Assembly: GCA_044223005.1 (NCBI GenBank)
Contig: JBGAML010000027.1
Span: 1-32,480, forward strand
Source: Candidatus Eiseniibacteriota bacterium
GTDB lineage: Bacteria > Eisenbacteria > RBG-16-71-46
DNA: 32,480 bases
Reading direction: 5' to 3'
The position numbers and the translations under genes are program-made. Under the pieces are notes generated by a model. That model made no database searches and was not told where the DNA came from. It worked only from the letters and a program-made list of their open reading frames with translations. Every line of letters begins with the position of its first letter. Within the stretch, counting starts at the first letter, position 1. Below are positions 7,679-15,398 of the stretch, piece by piece.

Positions 7679-9193
7679 GTGTTTTCCGCCGCCGATCTCG
7701 CCCAGCTCGCCGCTCGGGGCATTCCGCCCGCCGAAGCCGAACGCCAGCTCGCCCTGCTCTCCGCGCCGCCGCCGGCGCAGGTGCTCGACCGCCCGTGCAC
7801 GGTGGCGGACGGCATCGTGCGGCTCGACCCGGCGCGCGAGGCGGACCTGCTCGCGCGGCACGCGCGCGACGCCGCGGCCGGCCGCGTTCTCGCCTTCGTC
7901 CCGGCGTCGGGCGCCGCGACGCGCATGTTCAAGGACCTGCTCGCGCCGCTCGGCCGCCCGGGCGACGTCGGCCCCGCGCCGGGCGCGGCGGGCCCGGAGT
8001 CCGCCGCCGTGGCCGCGTTCGTCGGCGGCTTGACGGGTTTCGCGTTCCACGACGCGCTCGTCGCCGCGCTGGGGCGCCGCGGTCTCGACGCCGCGCGCCT
8101 GCGCGAGGCGGGGCCCTGGCGGCCCCTGCTCGAAGCGCTGCTCGAGCCCGAGGGTCTCGACTACGCGCGGCTGCCCAAGGCGCTGCTCGCGTTCCATCGC
8201 ACTCCCGCGGGCGTGCGCACGGCGCTCGAGGAGCACCTCGTGGAATCGGTGGCGCTCGCCCGCGACCAGGCCGGCACGTGCCGGCTGCACTTCACGGTGT
8301 CGCCCGAGCATCGCGCCGGGTTCGAGCAGCGGCTCGCCGCGAGCCGCCCCGCGCTGGAGGCGGCCCTCGGAGCCCGCTGGGAGGTGACGCTCTCGGAGCA
8401 GCATCCCGCGACCGACACGCTCGCGGGAGATCCGGCGGGCGGCCCGTTCCGCGACGACGCGGGGCGGCTGCTCTTCCGGCCCGCGGGGCACGGCGCGCTG
8501 CTGCGCAACCTGGACGAAATCGGCGGCGACCTCGTGTTCCTCAAGAACGTCGACAACGTGGCGGTCGATGTGTACCGGACCGAGACGACGCGCTGGACGC
8601 GCCTGCTGGTCGCGCGCGCGTCGGAGCTGGCCGAGCGCGCGCACGCGCTGCGCGCGCGGCTCGACGACGCCGGCGACGCCGCCGCGGCCGCCGACGCGCG
8701 CGCGTTCCTCGCCGCCGAAGTCGGCGAGGACGCCTCGGCGCTCGGGCGCGACGCGCTCGCGGCGCGGCTCGACCGGCCGGTGCGCGTGTGCGGCATGGTG
8801 CCCAACACCGGCGAGCCCGGCGGCGGACCGTTCTGGGTGCGCGGCGCGGACGGCGCGGCGAGCGCGCAGATCGTGGAGTCCGCGCAGGTGTCGGCCGAGC
8901 CCGCGCAGCAGGCGATCCTGAAACGCGCGACGCACTTCAATCCCGTCTTCCTCGCGTGCGCGCTGCGCGACCGGCACGGCCGTGCCCACGATCTCGATCG
9001 GTTCGTCGACGAGCGCGCGGTCATCGTGACGCGCAAGTCGGCGGGCGGGCGGGACCTGCTCGCGCTCGAACGGCCCGGGCTCTGGAACGGGGCGATGGCG
9101 GGCTGGCTCACCTCGTTCGTCGAGGTGCCGCTCGCCGTGTTCAACCCGGTCAAGACCGTGCTCGACCTGCTGCGGCCCGAGCACCAGGGCTGA
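7679..9193 (+). CDS. DUF4301 family protein (nucleotidyltransferase-like)
   Basis: FVPASGAATRMFKDL, FRPAGHGALL, FLKNVDNV, RVCGMVPNTGEPGGGPFWV, THFNPV, LERPGLWNGAMA and FNPVKTVLDLLRPEHQ. GTG start chosen because MFSAADLAQL resembles the family N-terminus. Confidence 0.85.
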   Translation: MFSAADLAQLAARGIPPAEAERQLALLSAPPPAQVLDRPCTVADGIVRLDPAREADLLARHARDAAAGRVLAFVPASGAATRMFKDLLAPLGRPGDVGPAPGAAGPESAAVAAFVGGLTGFAFHDALVAALGRRGLDAARLREAGPWRPLLEALLEPEGLDYARLPKALLAFHRTPAGVRTALEEHLVESVALARDQAGTCRLHFTVSPEHRAGFEQRLAASRPALEAALGARWEVTLSEQHPATDTLAGDPAGGPFRDDAGRLLFRPAGHGALLRNLDEIGGDLVFLKNVDNVAVDVYRTETTRWTRLLVARASELAERAHALRARLDDAGDAAAAADARAFLAAEVGEDASALGRDALAARLDRPVRVCGMVPNTGEPGGGPFWVRGADGAASAQIVESAQVSAEPAQQAILKRATHFNPVFLACALRDRHGRAHDLDRFVDERAVIVTRKSAGGRDLLALERPGLWNGAMAGWLTSFVEVPLAVFNPVKTVLDLLRPEHQG

Positions 9194-9205
9194 CGCGGCG
9201 CCGGG

Positions 9206-9249
9206 AACGCGAACGCCCCGCGGCCGCACGGCCGCGGGGCGTTCGCGTT
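9206..9249. terminator. Long hairpin between the convergent DUF4301 and GH13 genes
   Basis: AACGCGAACGCCCCGCGGCCG / CGGCCGCGGGGCGTTCGCGTT. Confidence 0.7.
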
Positions 9250-9259
9250 TCGCCCTGCG

Positions 9260-11770
9260 TCAATCGAGCACGACGACGCGCTGGACGCGGGCGCCGAGTC
9301 CGGTGGCGAGGCGGGCGAAGTAGAGTCCCGGCGCCACCGCGCGGCCGGCGCCGTCCGTGCCGTCCCACGTGACCGCGTGCAGGCCCGGCGCGAACGCGCC
9401 CGCGGCGAGCGTGCGGATCGCGCGGCCGCCGACGTCGTGCAGCACGAGCGAGCCGGTCGTGCCCGCGGGCAGCGTGAACGACAGCCGCACCGGGCCGCGC
9501 GCGGGATTCGGGCTCGGGGCCGACAGCTCGAGCATGCCGGAGCGCGCCGGCGCGGGCACGTCGACGTACGAGAGCGGCGCGAGCACCGCGAAGGTCATCT
9601 TCGGGAGCGAGACCGCGAGCGACTGCACGAACCCGTCGTAGGCGATCGGGTCGGTGTTCAGCGTGCCCGCGTTGACGGGGCCGCTGCCGCCGTACTGCGG
9701 ATCCTGGCTGTTCACGAGCTCGGTCCAGCCGCCACTCGAGGGGACGCCGAAGCGGTAGTTCGTGTAGTCGGAGTTGGAGAAGTTGGCCACGACCATCACG
9801 GGATTGCCCGCGCCGTCCATGCGCCGGAACGCGATCACGTTCCCGGCTTCGTTGACGTGCGAGACGTAGGTCGCGCTCGAGGCGCGCAGCGCGCTCAGGT
9901 GCGTCCGCAGCCCGACCAGCTTCTGGTAGAAGTGGAAGATCGGCGCGTAGGTGATCTTCTTCGACCAGTCGATCCGGGTCGCCACGGCGGCGCCGAAGTC
10001 CACGCTCTCGAGCCATTCGTCGCCCATGAGCATGGCCGGGATGCCCTGCGAGGTCAGTACGAGCCCTTCGGCCAGCTTGGTGCGGCCCTGCGCGTACGCG
10101 TCGTCGTACGGCGCCGTGGTGTCGATCGTCTTGACCAGGCGCTGCCCGCCGCTGGAGGGCCAGGCTTCATCGTGCAGCTGCACGTAGTTGACCGCGCGCG
10201 TGCCGCTGATCCACGTGCCGCTGCCGACGAGCGCGCTGCGCACGTCGTTCATGCTCGGGTCGCCGCTCGCGGCCGTGATCACGGCGGCGCGCACGTTGTC
10301 ACGGAACAGCATCTGGTACTGCGCGTCGAACCCGGCACCGCCGGAAGTGGTGGGCTGGGTGTACGAGGCGTAGCTCGGCAGCTGCTCGGCGATCGTGAAC
10401 CGGTCGGCGTTGCGGTTGGCCTTCTCGTTGTTGAGCCGCTGCATGAGCTGCCAGCCGCTGGTCGAGTGGATGCCCGCGGTCATGGCGCTCGTCGCGTCCA
10501 TGCGGAAGCCGTCGAGGTGGTACTCCTCGAACCAGTACTGCGCGCTGTTCGCGAAGTAGTCCGCGACGGCCGTCTTGCCGAACGCCGCCTGCGAGCCCCA
10601 CGACGTCTGCACGTCGGGCGTCTCGAACCACTGCTGCGTGCCGTCGTAGTTCCAGAGGAAGTTGTCGGTCGGCGAGAAGTGGTTCCAGACGATGTCGAGC
10701 ACGACGGCGATGCCGTTCGCGTGCAGGACGTTCACGAGGTACTTGAAGTCGTCGGGCGTGCCGTACTTCCACTCGGGCGACCACTGGGTGATCGGGTTGT
10801 AGCCCGCCGACCAGTCGGTGGGGAACTCCGTGACCGGGTTCAGCATCACGGCATTGACACCCAGTTCCTTCAGGTGCCCGACGCGCGCCGCGACGTCGCG
10901 GTAGGTCGAGGGCTGCGAGGCGGCGCCGTAGGGATCGTTCAGGCCGCAGAACGTGCCGACGTGGAGCTGGTAGATCACCAGGGAGTCGAGCGCCGGGTAC
11001 ACGTACGACGTGTCCGTCCAGGCGAAACGGAACGGGTTCTCGACGATCGAGTTGTAGTTGCTGCCCGAGTTGAGCCCGCGCGCGCGCGGGTCGGGCATGT
11101 AGCCGCTGTTGTTGGGCTGCGTACTGAACCAGTACTTGTAGTTGGCGCGATCGGCGACGCCCGCGGCCACGCGGGCGATGTAGTACTCGCCGATCCGCGA
11201 CATCGGGTTGGTGGTGCCCCAGCCGTTGAAGTCGCCGCGCACGTACGTGGTGGCGCTCACGGTCGGCGCCCACACCTTGAAGACCGCGCCGCCGCCCGAA
11301 GCGGGCGTCGCACCGACCGGTGCGTGCGCGAGCGTGAGGAAGTCCAGCGGCCACCCGCCGTCCGCGGGCGTCGTGTGCGAGAGCCCGGTGACGCTCAGGT
11401 AGTCGGTGAGCGAGCCGTCGGTGAGCGCGATCCAGTAGCTCTCGGTGTTCGAGGCCGTCGCGGGCACCGTCGCGGCCCACACGTCGTACGGGCCGCGGAC
11501 GCCGACCTTCGCGGCCGGGACGTCGGACGTGCTCGCGCCCGTCACCACGTGCACGGACGCGGAGGTGATGTCGTTGCGCCACGTCTGGAAGCGCACCTGG
11601 AACGACTCGCCGCCGATCGGGCAGAGCGGTCGCCGGTCGGTCGTCGAGACGTGGGACACGCCCGCCCACTCGATGTTGTTGTCGGGAGCGGCCGCGCGCG
11701 CCGCCGGGGCGCCGAAGGCGAGGAGGAGCGCGAGGAGCGGGAGCGGGCGCACGAGGGCGTGGCGAGGCAT
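9260..11770 (-). CDS. Secreted GH13 alpha-glucan-active enzyme (GlgB/TreZ-like) with a CBM48-like domain and C-terminal FlgD-Ig / T9SS-like domain
   Basis: Signal peptide ending ARA; FKVWAP and GDFNGW; IYQLHVGTF; VLDIVWNH; DGFRMDA, IAEQ and LHDE catalytic triad; PSPNPARG..LHDVGGRAIRTL..VTWDGTD..GLYFARL tail. Confidence 0.88.
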   Translation of the reverse strand: MPRHALVRPLPLLALLLAFGAPAARAAAPDNNIEWAGVSHVSTTDRRPLCPIGGESFQVRFQTWRNDITSASVHVVTGASTSDVPAAKVGVRGPYDVWAATVPATASNTESYWIALTDGSLTDYLSVTGLSHTTPADGGWPLDFLTLAHAPVGATPASGGGAVFKVWAPTVSATTYVRGDFNGWGTTNPMSRIGEYYIARVAAGVADRANYKYWFSTQPNNSGYMPDPRARGLNSGSNYNSIVENPFRFAWTDTSYVYPALDSLVIYQLHVGTFCGLNDPYGAASQPSTYRDVAARVGHLKELGVNAVMLNPVTEFPTDWSAGYNPITQWSPEWKYGTPDDFKYLVNVLHANGIAVVLDIVWNHFSPTDNFLWNYDGTQQWFETPDVQTSWGSQAAFGKTAVADYFANSAQYWFEEYHLDGFRMDATSAMTAGIHSTSGWQLMQRLNNEKANRNADRFTIAEQLPSYASYTQPTTSGGAGFDAQYQMLFRDNVRAAVITAASGDPSMNDVRSALVGSGTWISGTRAVNYVQLHDEAWPSSGGQRLVKTIDTTAPYDDAYAQGRTKLAEGLVLTSQGIPAMLMGDEWLESVDFGAAVATRIDWSKKITYAPIFHFYQKLVGLRTHLSALRASSATYVSHVNEAGNVIAFRRMDGAGNPVMVVANFSNSDYTNYRFGVPSSGGWTELVNSQDPQYGGSGPVNAGTLNTDPIAYDGFVQSLAVSLPKMTFAVLAPLSYVDVPAPARSGMLELSAPSPNPARGPVRLSFTLPAGTTGSLVLHDVGGRAIRTLAAGAFAPGLHAVTWDGTDGAGRAVAPGLYFARLATGLGARVQRVVVLD

Positions 11771-11871
11771 GGCGGATTCCCCGAAGGAGGTGTGAAAGCT
11801 CCCCACCAGCATGACAAACGCACGCGCCGGGGTCCAATGGGACACCCGGCGCGTGCGAAAGGGGCTTGCCG

Positions 11872-12369
11872 CTATTTCGCGGGGACGAAATCGAGCGACA
11901 CGGAGTTCATGCAGTAGCGCTGGCCCGTCGGGGGCGGGCCGTCGTCGAACACGTGCCCGAGATGGCCGCCGCAGCGGGCGCAGACGACCTCGCTGCCGGC
12001 GCCGTCCACGGAGCGGTCGGACGTGAGGTGGACGTGCGACGGGGCGATCGGCTTCCAGAAGCTCGGCCAGCCCGTGCCGGACTCGAACTTGGCCTGCGAC
12101 GTGAAAAGCGTGAGGCCGCAGCCCGCGCAGCGGTAGGTGCCCGCGCGGTGCTCGTTCCAGTACTTGCCCGTGAACGCGCGCTCGGTGCCCGCGCGGCGCA
12201 GGACGTCGTAGGCGAGCGGTGAGAGACGCGACTTCCAGTCGGCGTCGGTGCGGACGACGCGCCCCACCGTGTCGGCGCTCGCGGCGCGCGCGGCGCTTGC
12301 GGCACCTGCGACGGGGGGGAGCGAACAGGCGATCGCGACCGCGAGTGCGGCGAGACCGGACGACTTCAT
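11872..12369 (-). CDS. msrB: Peptide-methionine (R)-S-oxide reductase with an N-terminal export signal
   Basis: GTERAFTG, CAGC, KFESGTGWPSF, CARCGGHLGHVFDDGP, RYCMNS; GGAGG RBS. Confidence 0.95.
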   Translation of the reverse strand: MKSSGLAALAVAIACSLPPVAGAASAARAASADTVGRVVRTDADWKSRLSPLAYDVLRRAGTERAFTGKYWNEHRAGTYRCAGCGLTLFTSQAKFESGTGWPSFWKPIAPSHVHLTSDRSVDGAGSEVVCARCGGHLGHVFDDGPPPTGQRYCMNSVSLDFVPAK

Positions 12370-12466
12370 GACTTCCTCCTTGACCGTAGGCGCGCCCGGT
12401 TCGGGCGTCGCACGCGGATGACGGAGGAGACTCGCGCGATGTGACCGCGGGAGTGTCGTGGAATCG

Positions 12467-13105
12467 TCAGGCTGCGGCGGCGTCGCCCTTGCGCACGTAG
12501 AGCTCGAGCTCCTCGCGCGTGAAGTCCTCCCACAACCGGCCGCTGTCGTGCAGGCGCACGAACGCTTCGACCACCTCGGGGAAGAACTGCGAACCCGCGT
12601 TCGCCGTCAACTCCTTGCACGCCTGGCCCGGCGTGAGCCCGCGGCGATACGGCCGGTCCTCGGTCATGGCGTCGTACGCCGAGCACGCCATGACGATGCG
12701 CGCGCCGGCCGGGATCCGCTCCGGCGGCAGCGCCCGCGGGTAGCCGCGGCCGTCGGGGCGCTCGTGGTGTGCCCACACGATCTCGGCCGCTTCCTCGAGC
12801 CCGGGGATCTCGTGCAGCATCTCCCAGCCGATGGTCGGGTGCGTCTGGACGATCGCGCGTTCACCCTTGTCGAGCGCGCGCGGGCTCATGAGCACGTCGT
12901 TCAGGAGCGCCGTCCGCCCGATGTCGTGCAGCAGCGCGCCCAGTTCGACCACGGTCAGCGCGTCGCCCTCGATGCCCAGTTCGCGGGCCGTGCGGACGGA
13001 GTAGCGCGAAACGCGGATCGAGCGGCCACGCGAGAACGGATCGCCGGCGTCGACGACCGAGATCAGCGCCCGGATGGTGAGCAGCAGCGGCTGGCGCGAG
13101 TCCAT
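12467..13105 (-). CDS. Stand-alone HD-GYP domain protein with degenerate metal ligands
   Basis: GGAGG RBS; LLHDIGR, THPTIG, HHERPDGRGYP, YDAMTEDRPYRR, GSQFFPEVV. Confidence 0.9.
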   Translation of the reverse strand: MDSRQPLLLTIRALISVVDAGDPFSRGRSIRVSRYSVRTARELGIEGDALTVVELGALLHDIGRTALLNDVLMSPRALDKGERAIVQTHPTIGWEMLHEIPGLEEAAEIVWAHHERPDGRGYPRALPPERIPAGARIVMACSAYDAMTEDRPYRRGLTPGQACKELTANAGSQFFPEVVEAFVRLHDSGRLWEDFTREELELYVRKGDAAAA

Positions 13106-13177
13106 GAGGCACCTCCGGCGGCGGCGCGGATCCGGGAGCGCCCGGGCCGCGTGCCGCTTCGTCTTGGGGTTCGGCGG

Positions 13178-13203
13178 CACCACCCGGCGCGTGCCGGGTG
13201 GTG
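13178..13203 (-). terminator. Hairpin between the second PilT and HD-GYP (possible step-down or stabiliser)
   Basis: CACCACCCGGC / GCCGGGTGGTG, 5 nt past the PilT stop; no U-tract. Confidence 0.4.
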
Positions 13204-13208
13204 GTACG

Positions 13209-14285
13209 TCAGGCGGCCGCCTCGCCCATCGGGGCGACGTAGCGGTCGAAGAGGGTGCGGTCGATCGCGTGCTCGTAGGCCTCCTCGCCGCTGATCGTCT
13301 CCTTGCGGACGAGTTCCGTGAGCACCGCATCCAGGCTCTGCATGCCGAGGCGCTGCCCCGACTGCAGGACCGAATGCAGCTTGTGGGTGTTGCCCTGCCG
13401 GATCATCGAGCTCACGGCGGTCGTGCTCACCATCACCTCGGCCGCCGCGAGCCGGCCGGTGCCGTCCAGCTTGCGCACGAGGCGCTGCGAGACGACGAGC
13501 CGGAGGCTGTCCGCGAGCATCGTGCGGACCTGGTCCTGCCGGCGCGGCGGGAACACGTTGACGATGCGGTCGACCGTGCGGATGGCGCCGCTCGTGTGCA
13601 GCGTCCCGAGCACGAGGATGCCCGTTTCCGACGCGGTGAGCGCGAGCGAGATCGTCTCGAGGTCGCGCATGTCGCCGACCAGGATGACGTCCGGGTCCTC
13701 GCGCACGGCGCCGCGGAGGGCCTCGGCGAACGAAGGCGAATGCGTGCCGATCTCGCGCTGCGTGATCTCGCACTTCTTGAACGGGTGGAGGAACTCGACG
13801 GGGTCCTCCAGCGTGACGATGTGACCCTTCAGGTTCTCGTTGATGTGGTTGACCATCGCGGCCAGCGTCGTCGACTTGCCGGCACCCGTGGGGCCGGTGA
13901 CGAGCACGAGGCCCTTGCCGATGTCGAGCACCTGCTGCACCACGTCCGGGAGCCCGACCGAGGCCAGCGACGGCGGATCGGACGCGATCGCGCGCATGAC
14001 GGCGGCGACGCCACCGGCGTGCTTGTAGACGTTGGCGCGGAACCGGCCCGCGACGCTCGAGACGTAGGCGAAGTCGACGTTGAGCTTCTCGTCGAGCTGC
14101 GCGCGCATCTCCGGCGTCATCATCTCCTCGAGGAAGCCCTCGATGTCCGCGTGCGTCAGCTCGCGGAACGGCACCGGCTGGACGTCGCCCGCGGAGCGCA
14201 CGCGCGGCGGCACGCCGGAGACGAGGTGGAGGTCGGAGCCGCCCTGCCGGACCGCGAGTTCGAGGAACGTGTCGATGCGGTTCAT
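13209..14285 (-). CDS. pilT: PilT/PilU family ATPase, variant (Walker B GDMRD; His box GILVLGTLHT)
   Basis: SDLHL, RFRANVY, GPTGAGKSTT, TLEDPVE, QREIG, REDPDVILVGDMRD, SQRL, GMQSLD. Confidence 0.9.
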   Translation of the reverse strand: MNRIDTFLELAVRQGGSDLHLVSGVPPRVRSAGDVQPVPFRELTHADIEGFLEEMMTPEMRAQLDEKLNVDFAYVSSVAGRFRANVYKHAGGVAAVMRAIASDPPSLASVGLPDVVQQVLDIGKGLVLVTGPTGAGKSTTLAAMVNHINENLKGHIVTLEDPVEFLHPFKKCEITQREIGTHSPSFAEALRGAVREDPDVILVGDMRDLETISLALTASETGILVLGTLHTSGAIRTVDRIVNVFPPRRQDQVRTMLADSLRLVVSQRLVRKLDGTGRLAAAEVMVSTTAVSSMIRQGNTHKLHSVLQSGQRLGMQSLDAVLTELVRKETISGEEAYEHAIDRTLFDRYVAPMGEAAA

Positions 14286-14286
14286 G

Positions 14287-15396
14287 TCAGGCCGCCTTCT
14301 CGCCGCCCGGCCCGCCCGTGGCGAGCGCGAGGAGCGCCTTGTTGCGGACGAACGGTGCGAAGCCCCACTTGTCCTCGGCCCGCATGAACGCTTCGTCCGG
14401 ATCGACCTCGCCCGCGCGGACGAGCGCGAGCATCGCCTGGTCCATGAGCTGCATGCCGAGCCGGCGCCCGGTCGCGATCGCGCCGGGGATCTGGAACGTC
14501 TTGCCCTCGCGGATCAGCTGCTGGATCGCGAAGGTGACCACGAGCACTTCCGCGCACACGCGGCGGCCGCGGCCGTCCGAGGCCCGGAGCAGTTCCTGGC
14601 TCACCACGGCGCGCAGGTTGTCGGCCAGCGAGTGCCGCACCTGCGACTGGTTGTCCGACGAATGCGCGTCCACGATGCGGTCGATGGTCTGCGCGGCACC
14701 GCGCGTGTGCAGAGTGCCGAGCACGAGGTGGCCCGTCTCCGCCGCTTCGAGCGCGAGCGACACCGTCTCGGCGTCACGCATCTCGCCGACGAGGATCACG
14801 TCCGGATCCTCGCGCAGTGCGGCGCGCAGGCCGTCGCGGAACGAGTGCACGTGCGTCCCGACCTCGCGCTGCACGATCAGGGAGCCCTTGCTGCGATGCA
14901 TGAACTCGATCGGGTCCTCGAGCGTGATGATGTTGAAGCTCTGCTGCTCGTTGATGAGCTGGATCAGGGCCGCGAGCGTCGTCGACTTGCCGGTGCCGGT
15001 GGCGCCGGTCACGAGGATCAGGCCCGTGCGCAGGCGGGCGAGGTGGCCCACGACACGCGGCAGGCCCAGCGAGTTCAGGTCGGGGACCTCGTTCGGGATC
15101 ACGCGGCAGAAGATGGAGACGCCGTGCTGGTGCCGGCACGCATTGACGCGGTAGCGGCCCTCACCATCGATGTGGTGCGAGAAGTCGACCGCGCCGAACT
15201 CCTCGAAGTGCCGGCGCTGGGCGCCGCCGAGCATCTCGCCGAGCATCTCGCGGAGCTCGTTCGACTCCACGGGGCTCAGCTCCGTGGGCACGAGCTCGCC
15301 GTCCATGCGCACGAGTGGCGGCTGGCCGGGCGTGAAGTGCATGTCGGAGCCGCCGAGCTCTCGGCCGAGCGAGAGGATCGCGTCGATGCGCGCCAC
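14287..15396 (-). CDS. pilT: PilT/PilU family ATPase with canonical motifs
   Basis: GTG start (VARIDAIL); GATGTGKSTT, TLEDPIE, ALREDPDVILVGEMRD, AETGHLVLGTLHT, AIQQLIREGK. Confidence 0.92.
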   Translation of the reverse strand: MARIDAILSLGRELGGSDMHFTPGQPPLVRMDGELVPTELSPVESNELREMLGEMLGGAQRRHFEEFGAVDFSHHIDGEGRYRVNACRHQHGVSIFCRVIPNEVPDLNSLGLPRVVGHLARLRTGLILVTGATGTGKSTTLAALIQLINEQQSFNIITLEDPIEFMHRSKGSLIVQREVGTHVHSFRDGLRAALREDPDVILVGEMRDAETVSLALEAAETGHLVLGTLHTRGAAQTIDRIVDAHSSDNQSQVRHSLADNLRAVVSQELLRASDGRGRRVCAEVLVVTFAIQQLIREGKTFQIPGAIATGRRLGMQLMDQAMLALVRAGEVDPDEAFMRAEDKWGFAPFVRNKALLALATGGPGGEKAA

Positions 15397-15398
15397 GG

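Noticed and set aside
9260..9530. FlgD-like domain as a flagellar hook-cap gene
   Set aside because: It is the in-frame C-terminal tail of a glycoside hydrolase, a sorting-type domain unrelated to the flagellar operon.
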